From Selaginella moellendorffii (Eukaryota > Plantae > Lycopodiophyta), in assembly GCF_000143415.4 (NCBI RefSeq), contig NW_003314492.1, positions 1 to 30,535 on the forward strand: a DNA stretch of 30,535 nt, read 5' to 3'. The translations under genes were made by a program, and so were the position numbers. Each line of letters opens with the position of its first letter. Position 1 is the stretch's first letter. Shown in pieces: positions 10,462 through 22,010 of the stretch. Under the pieces are notes generated by a model. That model saw only the letters and a program-made list of their open reading frames with translations. It did not search any database and was not told the origin of the DNA.

Positions 10462-12792
10462 GCTGGCCAGCCGGGGGGGGGATCATATATCTCAAGAGGT
10501 TTCCTCGTCTTCTTTTAGTCGCTTCGTTTGAGAGGTACATTGTTTTCTTTCTCTCCATTTTACTTTGCATTCTCAACTCTAGCTTTTGTCTGTGGGGAAG
10601 CTGCAGCGAGAAACGCTTCAGGTTCTACCGCAGGGTTTTCTTTTAAAAACTTGACTCTCACCAGGCAAGAAAAGCATTCACTTGCTGATCAGAATTCCTT
10701 ATGTTTTCGTTTGGCTTTCGCCATTCCACGCTCTAACGTTTTTGTAATTACATGTTCTAGGTGGTGCTACTGCTACCTGTTTATGTTCTAAAGACTCGCT
10801 CTCGCTCCCGCTCCCAGGTGTATCTCGTGCATGCGTCTCTTAAAGTTTGGGTGCGTTCTCGGCTCGCTGCGAGAGGGAATGAGATCTCTTCGGTAGGAAC
10901 TTTCGGTAGGAACTTTGTTGAGCTTTCATTCTGTTTGTCTCTGCTGCTTGCTTCGCTTCAGGAACCCTTCGTTGGTTTTTCCATCTTGGTTTCAAAGCTT
11001 GGTGTGGTGATGATCAGCTGAGTTTCTTCTCTTCACTCTGACGTTTCCGGCAGCACGCCTTCGCTGCCTTGTACACTGTTCCGGAGGCGTGAAGGTGGAA
11101 ATCAAATCCAATGCTCCAGACTGGACGCGGCGGTGCAGCACACTTCATCATTTTCGGCATCAGACACCGAGACGGAGAGCGAGCAACAAAAGGTGACTGT
11201 TTTTTTCCTCTCGTTTTCTTTCGAGCGTTTTAAATGAACGTTTAATTCGATCAAAGTCTTCCCGAGCTGCTAATTCAGTTGTTGCTTTCCTTCGCAGAGA
11301 GAGCTTTAATCGCACATGTTTGGACGATGTATTAATGCACAGCTTACAAAAGGGTCGACGGAACGGACCCCGGGCCCCGGCTTGCCAGGCAGGGAAAGGA
11401 CTGTCTGTGCTCACTTGAAATTTTGGTTTCAGGTGATTGTCATGCACGAGACCTGGCTGGCTGCTGGCTGCAACAGCGCTCTGCACCACCACCTCATTGG
11501 AAAACGCAAAGGTTCTCCCTCTCTCTCATCTCGTTTTCTTTTGCAATTTTTTTCCACGATTTACCTTTTGCTTTTCGGGTGTAGGAGTGTGACCCTGACA
11601 CACCGTCGCTTTCTCTGGCCGCACCGCAACAGCGTCTCGCTGCACTGCCACCGCCACAACCATTTGCTAGCTCGGACAGCTACGCGGCTAGGCTGCTTTG
11701 TCCCGTAAGTTTCAAGTAAGATAAGCTGGTGGCTAACTCTTCCCGCGCATAAATCCGTCCTATCAGGTCAGAGCTGCATACTTTGCATCGTTATTCTTGT
11801 GCCCGGCATTCGCATCGGATCCTGCCTGTGTTCTGTGAGACCTTCCAGCTTTTGCACTGTACTGATCTTTGCTGGCCTTTCGAGGGTTGGCCGATTGGAG
11901 AAAAGAAAGAGAAAGTGAGTAGCAAATCATGGTGAGCGTGTCGTGCGTGTGCTGGAAGTGCTGCTGCTTGTAGCGATGTGGGATATCACAGATTTCTTTT
12001 AAGCCCAGGTGTGGTGGTGGTTGCTCCCGCTCATGATGCTAAATCCATGAACTCATGACACACGCACAATAAACAACGGCTAAGCTCCTTCGCTCAGGTC
12101 AGTAATTGTCAAGTCGTTGTTTTGTTTTTAAGTCGATTGGATCTGATGGTCTCGCGCGCAGCCGACAAGAGTGGTAGCTAAAGATCAGCCAAACGAACCC
12201 CGGCGACCCGAGCAAGCTGGAGCTAGTAACGGACTACCTGAATGTAAGTAAAAGTAGCTATGCCGGCTTTGTTTTGTACTTATAGATGGTTTTCTTGTTG
12301 CTCCAGTAGCTGGCCAGCCAGAGCTGGACTGGATGGACGAACCAAAAGCAAAAAAAAAAAAAAGAAACGCTGCCTCGCTCAATCAACTTCACAGCTTTAA
12401 TAGGTAAATTCTAGTTTTGCTCCACTGGATTATTAAAGTAATCCATGCGTTTGTGACGTGATCGTGGGGTGGTACAAATTCAACCACACTAACCACTGCC
12501 ATGTTCTCTCGCCAGGACTCGTATAATCTCGGACGCGAGAGGGCAGCAGCAACAACAAGAACGAATAAAATAGGAGGTATTTGTCGTATGGTTTGTAGGA
12601 CAGGCTTTTTCCTCCCCACAAAAAGATCTGATTCGCCACAGTGGTGCTGGTGGTGGTGTGGTGTTCTTCGCAGGGAAACACAGCGAGAGAGAAAGAGAGA
12701 GAAATAATATAAAAGAGCCAAAAGAGTCAGATTTCTAGAAGATCCCGGGCAGCGAGCGGGTGTTTGCGAAGAGCACTTGCGTGTTTTCCGGG

Positions 12793-13616
12793 CTAGAGGA
12801 AGATGCTGTCCTCGGCTGGCTGTGGCAATCTTTTGTTGTGGCTGGCGGCCATCTCTTTTCTCAGCTGCGTTAACACATCTTCCATCGTGAAGTCCGGCTT
12901 CCAGTCCGCAAGCATCGCAAAGTTCTTGCTGTCAATCTGTAAAGAAAAAATGCGTTAGCATCTTCTCCTCGACGAGGATCGAAACTGAAAGGAAATCAAC
13001 AAATCTACTGCATTTAAATCTTCTCTTTGGCTCTCTAGTGACTGCGGTGACTATAAACACAACTACTATCGATCTATCTATCTAGTAAAACGCGAAAGCT
13101 CTCGCTCGGGCGAGTGAAAAGGAGAGGCAAGAAACAGTATAGCTGTCCTTCCTTCCTCGCCAATAGTGTGAGTGTACTTACCAGTCCAGTTTCCTGATTC
13201 ACGCACGTCATGTTGATCCTTGACTGGAACTTCACGCTCGGGGGCTTGCTCGGGTAGTCATCGTCGCAGTAAAGCTTGAGCTGGTAGATGCGACCCTCGT
13301 GAACAGACTACAAGAAAAACCAGGCATTAAAACACGGGACACTGGAACAATTAACTTAAGACAAGCACTTACGTCGTAAGGGCCCAGGATGGTTCCTCGC
13401 CAGGAATACATGAGCAAATCGTCGGCGTCGTCCATTCCTAAGCTCACGGCGGGATCGCCCAGTCCTTTCTCTCCTCGCTCCAGCTCGTCGAGCAATCTAA
13501 AGTTCCTGGGAACTGCGCACTAGCACGCAGCAAAGCTGAGACAGTGCATGCCTCCAGAGAGAAATGATGGAAGGGAAAGAGTTTTACTACTGACCGAGTA
13601 CTTTGGCTCGAGACAT
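12793..13616 (-). CDS. UEV1: Ubiquitin-conjugating enzyme E2 variant (UEV1/MMS2 family); exons 13616-13595, 13512-13373, 13307-13182, 12936-12793
   Basis: [24 protein letters not shown]...SWRGTILGP|[41 protein letters not shown]|...[25 protein letters not shown]. All introns are GT-AG and in frame. Confidence 0.95.
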
Positions 13617-14853
13617 GCTTCCTTGAGCTGCTGCTGCTGCCTCCCGGGAGCCTTCCTGCCGCTCTTCCTGAACGTTCCGTCTTTGTCTTTTCCAGAGGAT
13701 CATATCCGGGAGCTGCTGAAGCAGGAGCACACAGTCGGCGACGATCGGCGAGAGCTTCGAGATTTCGACTCGCACTATTGAATCTCATCCCAAGGACGCC
13801 TGTTTTGTGCTTCCAGGGACCCGCTGTCTCTCTTTTTCCCCACCAACACAAGTTCGCCTGCCCGAATCATAGTTAAGTCCAAGGCCTCCGTGAATGCCAT
13901 AAAACTCCTTTACCTTGATGATAGTTGCGTGAGTAGTGGTTCTCAGTGCTAAGTAGCTTAATGTTTTCCGGGTTGAATGAATGTTTTTGCACTAAACTTC
14001 CGACAATGATTGGTGCATACTTCTATTAGGAAACAAAACCTCGCCATCATGATTAAGCCAGCTTAGAAAATCCTATTACACTAAACCCAACACGCATTAG
14101 AAGCTCGCGAAATACAAAACAACTCCCTGCTTACCTGGGGCCAGTTGATCCAGAGAGACAAGCGCAATAAACAAAGTGCATCGTGAAAACGACTGCCGGA
14201 AAAAAATGGCTCACTCCGCTGGCGGATTGGTACCACCACCAGAAGCACCAGGCGGAATTCTTTGACCCTTCAGCCGAAGGAATGAGATGTTTCAATTCAT
14301 CCTTGACAAGCGCAGCAGCGAAATCATTGCTTGTCTTGACCTGCGGAACTAAGTTTTTAGAAAAAAGCTTGCATTTCATTCACGCAAAACTCTTCGGGGC
14401 TTACCTTCAAAGCGGCACCTGGCATTCCTCGCAAACTAGTGGAGTCCAGATGTGCTCTTGTTCTACACATGATCTTCCGGAAGCGATTTTACTGGATCCG
14501 ATTACTTGCTTAAGAAGCTTCTTCGGTGCGGTCAAGGTTGTGTTTCAGTCGAACCTCCATCTGTATCCCACGCAAACAACTTGTTTAGAGCAGAAAGAGC
14601 AACTAAGTCAAGAGTGAATGTCCCAAGTGCTGCGTGTTTTACCAAATGACCGCAAGTCTAACATAACGGCCCCACGAGCAGATACCATGACAAGGAAACT
14701 TACGGAAATTGACAGGCATGGACCACTGAGTCGCCACCCCCGAACATAAATACAAGCAGTCCAGCTCCTTCGTAGCACCGAATTCATCTTGTTTGGTTGC
14801 TTGCATTATTCTCCCTACAAACCAAAAACATCAATTCCCTGCCAGAAAATATC

Positions 14854-15980
14854 ATGAAAAAAGCAGCCAAAACCTTGTGTGTGGCTATAGCATCTCTTGT
14901 GATATTGTCGGCAAGTACTTGTGCGCAGCTTAGCCCTTCATTTTACAACGGTACTTGTCGCGATGTGTCTCATGTTGTTTGGAAAGTGGTGTCTCAGGCT
15001 GTTGGAAGTGAGAAACGAATGGCAGCCTCCCTGCTAAGGCTCCACTTCCACGACTGCTTTGTCAATGTAAGGAGCCGCTAACCCTTTAGAATTCAGTGCT
15101 TCAAATTGTTTAAAAGTAACACTCACTTGTGCATTTGCCAGGGATGCGATGGCTCCGTTCTTTTGGATGACACTGCAAGCTTCACGGGAGAAAAGTCGGC
15201 AGGACCAAATAAGAACTCTTTACGAGGATTCGAAGTCATTGATGCTATCAAGAGCCAATTGGAGAGCCAGTGTCCGGGAATAGTCTCCTGCGCGGACATC
15301 GTAGCACTGGCAGCACAAACTTCTGTCTTCATGGTAAGATAGTGAGTTTTTGAACCATAGAGGAGGAGAAACTCACGTATATGTTGCGCTATAAACAGCT
15401 CGGAGGTCCAGGATGGGCCGTTCCTTTGGGACGGCGAGACAGTACCACGGCCAGCCGTGATGCAGCCAACAGCCAAATTCCACCCCCGGTTTTCACAGTC
15501 TCGGAGCTCACATCCGCATTTCAGGCCAAGGGTCTGTCACTTAAGGACATGGTCGTGTTGTCCGGCGCTCATACAATCGGTGCTGCGCAGTGTTTTACTT
15601 TCCGCAACCGCCTCTATAGCTTCAACAGCACAGCCGCTTCGGACCCAACCATCGACGCTTCGTTTCTAGCAACTCTCCAAAGCAGCTGTCCCAAGGAGTC
15701 CGGTGATGACCAGCTTTCAAACCTGGATGCTGTAACACCCAACCGGTTCGACAATCAGTACTACAAAAACTTGCAGAAAAACAAGGGACTGCTGACGTCT
15801 GACCAGGAATTGTTCTCCGGCACCGGCTCGGACGCAGCGACACTGGTGAGCTCGTACGCCAGTAACCCGCTCACATTCTGGCGGGATTTCAAGGAGTCGA
15901 TGATAAAAATGGGAAACATCAGCCCTCTCACAGGCACAAACGGAGAGATCCGTAAGAACTGCCACTTTGTGAACAGTTGA
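14854..15980 (+). CDS. Class III secretory heme peroxidase, 328 aa; exons 14854-15066, 15142-15333, 15399-15980
   Basis: Signal peptide followed by [69 protein letters not shown] and GEIRKNC. Exon 2 has the typical 192 nt. Confidence 0.97.
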
Positions 15981-16337
15981 GGTATAGTACGTAGATCAAA
16001 TTGAAATCAAAAGGAAACAAGGACTAAACTCCACATGTACCTTGGGAGGAACTCCCTCAACAACAAAATTTGGATGGTCCTGCCAAATAAATGTCATATC
16101 AGTCACAAGAAAATAAAAATAAAAAAGCATACTTACTTGTCTGCTGTGGATCACAAAGAATAAACAAACAAAAGCAAGAACATAGTCATAGTATCGAGAT
16201 TTACGAAGTCTTATTGGATGCCAAAAGGATACAGTAAACTCTACTGTGCCCGTACCGGAGCTACTTCACCCCCTCCGAGCACCAGTTTCACGTACTATCA
16301 TACAGTGCGTCGGCGTTCCTCGAGCACGCTGGGCTGT

Positions 16338-17321
16338 TTACGACCATGCTCGTCTTCGCTTTGCTGGGAAAGACACGTCAGGAACCAAGAGCGAATCGTC
16401 AACCTCTGGCACGACAGCCATGCCAAGTTTGGATTTTCCTTTTGCGGGGGGAAGCTTAGAGGCAGGCATGGTTGACGGAGTCATCTGTGGAACCTCATGG
16501 AACGTCTCGGCGTAAGACTGCTCGTCAAACAGACTCAAGTCTGCGAGCCAGTCATACTCTCCAAGGTTTCCAGCTTCGGCCTGGAAGAAACAGCGAATAA
16601 TCAGCTGCCAAGAAAGAAAACTTGGTAAGCTGTACCTTGGATGAGCCAATATCACTTAGAGAGTATCCGGAAGCCATGTCTGGAATGTTTAGCAACTCGT
16701 CGACACGCCAACCAGGAACCCCTTCGGTTAAATATTCCGAAATAGTACTACTCGTGCTCCGTTTTTCCATGACAGTCTCCGGCTCTGCTCTCGAGACTGT
16801 TTCAAACCTCTCCGGTGTGCGATTGGCCGAAAGCGAATTTCCCGACGAACTGGCTCCTGAAGCCGAGGCGTTCTTCCTGGGTTGCTGCGGAGTCACAGGC
16901 GGTACTTCGAGAAAGTCTTGGGCAGAAAGAGCACTGAGAGCCACTCTAACACCCGTGACTAGAAACCGGTTGTGGCTGGAAGCGTGCGCGTTGGACGAGT
17001 GTATGGATACGTCGCAAGCCCGGCAAAGCAAAGCGCGATCCTCGACACAGAAAAACCAGCCGGTTTTCTCCTAAGCAAACCAGGAATTAGAACCTCCCAA
17101 TCAAATGAGAAGAAGAAGAAAAATCGTCCCTGGCTAGATACCTGGCAAATGTCGCAAACAGGAGAAGTCCCAGAGAAGCTCAAAGGCAAGCGCTGATGCT
17201 TCCCAGCGAGCTTGTTCGCCGCATGGACCTCGGCATCGCAAGCGGCGCAAAGCGCAGCTTCATCGGCGCAGCACACCAAAGCGGCCTCGGCCTTCTCACA
17301 GACATCACATTGTATCCTCAT
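16338..17321 (-). CDS. Double B-box zinc finger protein (BBX group IV, STO/STH/BBX22-like), 285 aa; exons 17321-17142, 17070-16636, 16580-16338
   Basis: B-box1 MRIQCDVCEKAEAALVCCADEAALCAACDAEVHAANKLAGKHQR and B-box2 CDICQ|EKTGWFFCVEDRALLCRACD...HNRFLVTG. Also ISEYLTEGVPGWRVDELL, a C-terminal VPD motif and a KRRR NLS. No CCT domain. Confidence 0.95.
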
Positions 17322-17750
17322 CACCGTCTTTCTCCTGCCACAGTCACTCCATGCACTCGCTACACGGAAATCCCTCCCAGATGTGAGCACCGACCGAAAT
17401 ATTTCCCTAGCGCTGTGAAATACCTGGAATTTCGATCGCAGGACGAGCAGCGCCAACAGCCAAGCGCGCCTACACGACTCGGCGCCGCTGCGTAGATGAT
17501 TCCAGCTCCAAGAACCCTAGCCTAGCGCTGCCATTTTTAACCAAAGACACATGGCATCGCTTCCATGCCATGGATCTTTTAACCTGATTTTTTCCTGGCC
17601 ACAGGAACCACAAAGTGGACAAGCATCCCCAGCGAATATTCTCCAAATTTTTTATTTCGAATCTACCTTTTTCAACAGGTTAAACCTCCTTTTTCTAAGA
17701 TTCGCTTTGGACATTTTATTTATCTCCATGGAAAAGGTGACAAATAATTC

Positions 17751-18281
17751 TCAAGGCTTACCTCCATATCCGTACCCGCCATTCCCATTACCGTACCCAT
17801 ACCCGATTGGAACACCGCCAATCGTGACGCCGCCGCCGCCACCGCTCGGCCCGCCAAAGCCTCCGCCACAAACCGGCCCCCAGCAGCCGCCGCCGCCACC
17901 ACCATGGGAGTTTCCGTACCCACCGCCGCCAGCGCCCGGGGTGCCGCCGTACCCGCCGCCACTACCCGCATTGCCGTATCCCGCGCCGCCCGCGCTGGGC
18001 GTTCCGCCGTATCCGCCCCCGCCCTGGGAGCTCCCGTACCCGGCACCACCCGCGCTGGGAGTTCCGCCATAGCCGCTACCTCCCTTGGAGTTTCCGTACC
18101 CGCCTCCTCCAGCCGATTGCGTGCCTCCAGCGCCTCCGCCCGAGTACTCCTTGGTGGAGCTGGAAGTGGAGGACGAGGATTTGGAGACCTCCTCTTCGAG
18201 GATTCGAGAGACCCGGGCATCTGCGAGGAGGATCATTCCAGCCACAGCCAGCAACGCAAAGAGAAAGATCTTGGTCCCCAT
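17751..18281 (-). CDS. Secreted glycine-rich cell-wall protein (GRP)
   Basis: Signal peptide MGTKIFLFALLAVAGMILLADA followed by about four 20-aa repeats (GGTPSAGGAGYGxSxGGGGY). The 3' end may instead be spliced at G|GTAAGC near 17762. Confidence 0.85.
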   Translation of the reverse strand: MGTKIFLFALLAVAGMILLADARVSRILEEEVSKSSSSTSSSTKEYSGGGAGGTQSAGGGGYGNSKGGSGYGGTPSAGGAGYGSSQGGGGYGGTPSAGGAGYGNAGSGGGYGGTPGAGGGGYGNSHGGGGGGCWGPVCGGGFGGPSGGGGGVTIGGVPIGYGYGNGNGGYGYGGKP

Positions 18282-19100
18282 TGAAGATCCCCGCGATAGC
18301 ATCGAGGGATCACACGAAGAACACTCTCTAGACAGTCGATCAAACCCGGGAGAACTCCTGTCCTAGACGAAGAAAAAGAAAGGAGATGAGAGAATAGACT
18401 GCCACTGGCTGTGATTGAATACAGCACCAGCGGCGCCTTCTTTATACTCCCACTATATTCCAAAGCGCCATTGCATTGAATGCACTGTTAGCCCATCGAG
18501 ACCAAAGCGACCAGTGTGTGTAAAAAAAAGGACCATTTCTTTCCCCCGCACTTCCCCGCCACCTTTTTTACGTGGTCCGCATATGCCCGTACGCATGCTT
18601 TACCGCTGTCCGTACCCAGAAATTCACGACTTACCCGGGGGGAGAATAGAATCCGACAGCGTCCTGATTCCCGTGTGAACGATGCTTAGTGTCGCGTAGC
18701 CAAATGGGACGAGTCAGACCCGGTCAACCGCTCGGTCAATGTGAGTCAATGTGGGGCATTTAACGTTTGTGTTTGCATGTGAGCCTGGGATATTGGCATG
18801 CAACCACCGCCACCTTCCCCCACCTTTGGACATAAATACCGCCATGGAAAAACAATGACCTTTGATGGTAAAATAAGATAAAATGTTTTACTTTCTCACC
18901 CATCAAACCGTATATTCACATTTATTGCGCGGCTCAAGATGGCAAGAGCTCGTTGTCAAATTTGTGGTGGCGACTGCAACTTCGCTATCAAGTGGTTGCG
19001 CTTATTGGCATAAAATGAATTACATACAAAACTATGATGTTTAGCGATGTTAGTTCTAAAGCGAAAACAAAAAGGAAACGCTACATGTAAGATTACACAC

Positions 19101-20620
19101 CTAGTTTGCAGGCTCGGCTGTTCCATCATGGAGCGCACAACAATTCGCTGCTTTCGAATGCCCTTGATAAACTTTGATTGCCTCTCCGGTTGCTAGCTCC
19201 CACAGCCTTGCAGTTTTATCAGATGATGCTGGAATTTACACAAACATAAGTACGAGTCAAGGAAAAGAATAAGTGTTTCTGGCTTGCCTGTGACGAGAAA
19301 TGCACCATCGACTGAGAACACACAGTCCCACACCCAGGCGGAATGACCTGACAGAAAGTTGCATTTTGTGAGACAACACAGCTCAACGCAAAAAGCAGAC
19401 CTGTCAAAGTACGCTCCAGAGTGAAATTGTTGATATTCCAAATCTTTACGGTGTGATCGGCTGATGCCGTCGCCAGGTACCTGCAAAAGTTTTGAGTTGG
19501 CTCAAGAGCAGGCTGTAGAAAACAAAAACGTCACGCTTACTTGTGGTCCTCGTCACAGTATTCGGGAGACAAGAGGCACTTGAGGATGTACGTGTTGTGG
19601 GCTTCTAACTTGTGCAACGGATCAAACTTGGTTAGCAGCTGCCAGGAAAAACAAAATGTTCGTGAGCGGGGAAGAAAACGCAAAGGGAAATGGTTTTTTT
19701 GTTGGTACCTGTGTATCCTGACGCAAACGCCATACATAACAAATCCCACGATTATTAGCTGCGACCACAATGTCCCACATGACCGTCAGCGATCTTATGG
19801 CCATGTCGACCTCAGGAACCTGACAAGAAGGATTAGCATTACCAAAATCGATAGCATCATCCTAGTGCGTCGAAAAAACTTCACAAAGAAAATTTTTTTA
19901 AAAAAAGAAAACGAATAAACTATACCAGCTCGCAGCTACATGAGTTTGCAGTCAAGTCCCACACCCTGATGTTTCCATTTTGATCGCCAGAGATAAGCTC
20001 TTGCTGTTGTCACAACAGAAAGAATACATAGAAACCTCTAGAGACCATTTTTGCAAACCTGGTTGGGGTGGAGCACCACTGTGTTTACTGCTGCTCGGCT
20101 TTCATATTCCATCTGACAGCCAGGTGCACTGCGAAAAGAAAGGAAAAGTATAAAACTCGAGACTATGCCGATGAAATGAGTTAGAACTCACCGGAGATCC
20201 CAGATCTTCACCGTTCCATCCTCCGATCCAGAGTACATCCATTTTCCATCACACTGGAAACCAATGGCCGTCACGTTACTGGTGTGAGCATCATAGTTGA
20301 GAACCTGTAGAACAATGTAGTGAAAAGAAAAAGTAAAGAGAAGAAGCTACCGACTGGTTGAGGATTGCTGGAATTTATTTCGAAGAGCCGGATGTGAGGA
20401 TTGCCAGCAGCAGCGAGGAAATGCTTGTCGGGAGTGATCTCGAGCTTATTCACTTGCTGCAGAGACGAGAAATTCGCAAGGATCGCGATAAAAAACCAGG
20501 GAAGAAATTTACCGAATCGGTGTACTGCAAGACGCGATAGCAGCGGCCGCTCGTCGCCTCCCAGAAGCGGATCGTGTGATCGTAGCCCGCTGTGGCCAAG
20601 ATCACCGAGGGCTGTGGCAT
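19101..20620 (-). CDS. LST8: TOR complex subunit LST8 (WD40), 315 aa, 10 exons
   Basis: Exons: 20620-20513, 20456-20355, 20304-20192, 20128-20059, 20003-19926, 19819-19709, 19638-19541, 19480-19401, 19347-19288, 19228-19101 (948 nt). Motifs include [45 protein letters not shown] and [20 protein letters not shown]. Confidence 0.97.
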
Positions 20621-20659
20621 TTCTCCCGCTACTCCATCGACACAAAAAGAGAAAGCCCT

Positions 20660-20668
20660 AAACCCTAG
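20660..20668 (+). promoter_or_regulatory. Telo-box-like motif AAACCCTAG in the LST8/RsmG spacer
   Basis: The sequence aaagccctaaaccctag lies between the two ATGs. The telo-box (AAACCCTA) is a known element of plant translation and ribosome-biogenesis genes. Confidence 0.6.
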
Positions 20669-20677
20669 TTCTTCGCA

Positions 20678-21856
20678 ATGGCACTATCTCCCAAACTATT
20701 GCTCCAGTGGAAGGCGCTCCAAGGCCATGGCGGCAGTCGATTGGTATGTTTCTCGTCTAGAGCGAGAGTCTTCTGCGAGAATGCGCTCGATCCATCGCAA
20801 TCCAAGCTCGTGAGCGCCTACATTGACAAGCTTCTCGATTGGAACCAGGTTAGAGAGATTTCTAGAATTTTTTTGTGTTCATCTCATTCATTCGTGCTTC
20901 CAGCGTATGAATTTAACTTCCGTGACAGACCGTAAGGAAGTGATGGAAAGGCACATAAGAGACTCTCTTTCACTTCTCCCAGTGATTGAAAAGCACTGCT
21001 CACTGAGCGATGGGAGTTTGAAGGTGGTCGACATAGGCAGTGGTGCTGGTCTTCCAGGAATCATTTTTGGTATTGCAAGACCAAGTAAGTCGTAGTTCCT
21101 AGGATATATCTTTTCTCGATAACCAACGTAGCTGATTCCTGTGGTGTTGTGATGCAGGCTGGAAGATTACGCTGATAGAATCCATTCAGAAAAAGTGTGA
21201 CTTCTTAGAGGACGCTGTGCTCGCTGTGAGTTTACAAAATGTTAGCGTCGTTCGTGCAAGGGCAGAGGTAACTATGCTCAAGCTTAAGATGTTTGCTGGT
21301 GATTTTTCATGGGTTTAGTCAGGAAAAAGGTCGAGATGTGGAGTTTCGTGAAACTTTCGACGTAGCAGTGGCAAGAGCTGTCGCAGAAATGCGAGTTCTC
21401 GGTGAGTTTTTAAAGTCCTGAGAAGTGTGTTAAAAAAACTTACGAGTTCATGACATTGTGTAGCCGAGTTGTGCTTGCCTTTTGTTGCCGCTGGAGGAAT
21501 CATGGTTGCCGCTAAGGGTGCCAATCCTGAGGTCTGTTTTCGTCTTAGAAAAAGAGTTCACGTTCTTGATCGGTTCTTGGTGGACCAGGAGGAAGTTAAA
21601 AGCGCAGAAGAAGCTATAACGCTTTTGGGAGGATCATGTGCAAACATTATTGAAGGTTCCAAGTTTTATTTCCACTGTTGCCAAGGAGTTCTCATCATAC
21701 TTTCTTTCGCCAGTTGATTCTGAAAGTCCGTTCGGGACCAGGACTGCAGTTGTGTGCCTGAAAGCTACTCCCACGCCGGAGAAATACCCAAGGAGACCAG
21801 GAGCACCTAGCAAACGACCTTTGGGATTTAGAAGCAAGAGAACCGAAGCTGGATAA
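20678..21856 (+). CDS. rsmG: 16S rRNA m7G methyltransferase RsmG/GidB, probably organelle-targeted, 272 aa, 7 exons
   Basis: Exons: 20678-20848, 20904-21084, 21158-21267, 21323-21401, 21464-21531, 21589-21655, 21714-21856. Motifs include [42 protein letters not shown] and [10 protein letters not shown]. The N-terminal extension resembles a transit peptide. Confidence 0.95.
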
Positions 21857-22010
21857 GATCATCTAAGAACTGATTCTCGAGGGAAGTTCTACCAATTTTT
21901 ATACTGTAAGTCTCTTGTTATATCTTGAAAGACACAGGAAGTTGGATATCTAAACAACTGATCAGAAGGTAAAGACTTCTTATTGATTCTCCAGGAACAT
22001 AACATTTCTT

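Noticed and set aside
9805-10531. Overlapping alternative-frame ORFs in ZF-HD
   Set aside because: Such frames are expected in GC-rich coding DNA and have no independent support.
10462-14100. Possible miRNA or C/D snoRNA (for example TGATGA near 13917, or the 245-nt UEV1 intron)
   Set aside because: I saw no conserved mature miRNA, long hairpin, or paired C/D boxes with a terminal stem.
17551-18366. Proline-rich, extensin-like + strand ORFs
   Set aside because: They are antisense shadows of the glycine-rich gene (GGN codons read as CCN on the other strand). Only the minus frame has a signal peptide.
21315-21322. Alternative TAG acceptor at 21318 in RsmG intron 3
   Set aside because: It would frameshift the gene. 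The CAG at 21322 preserves the frame.
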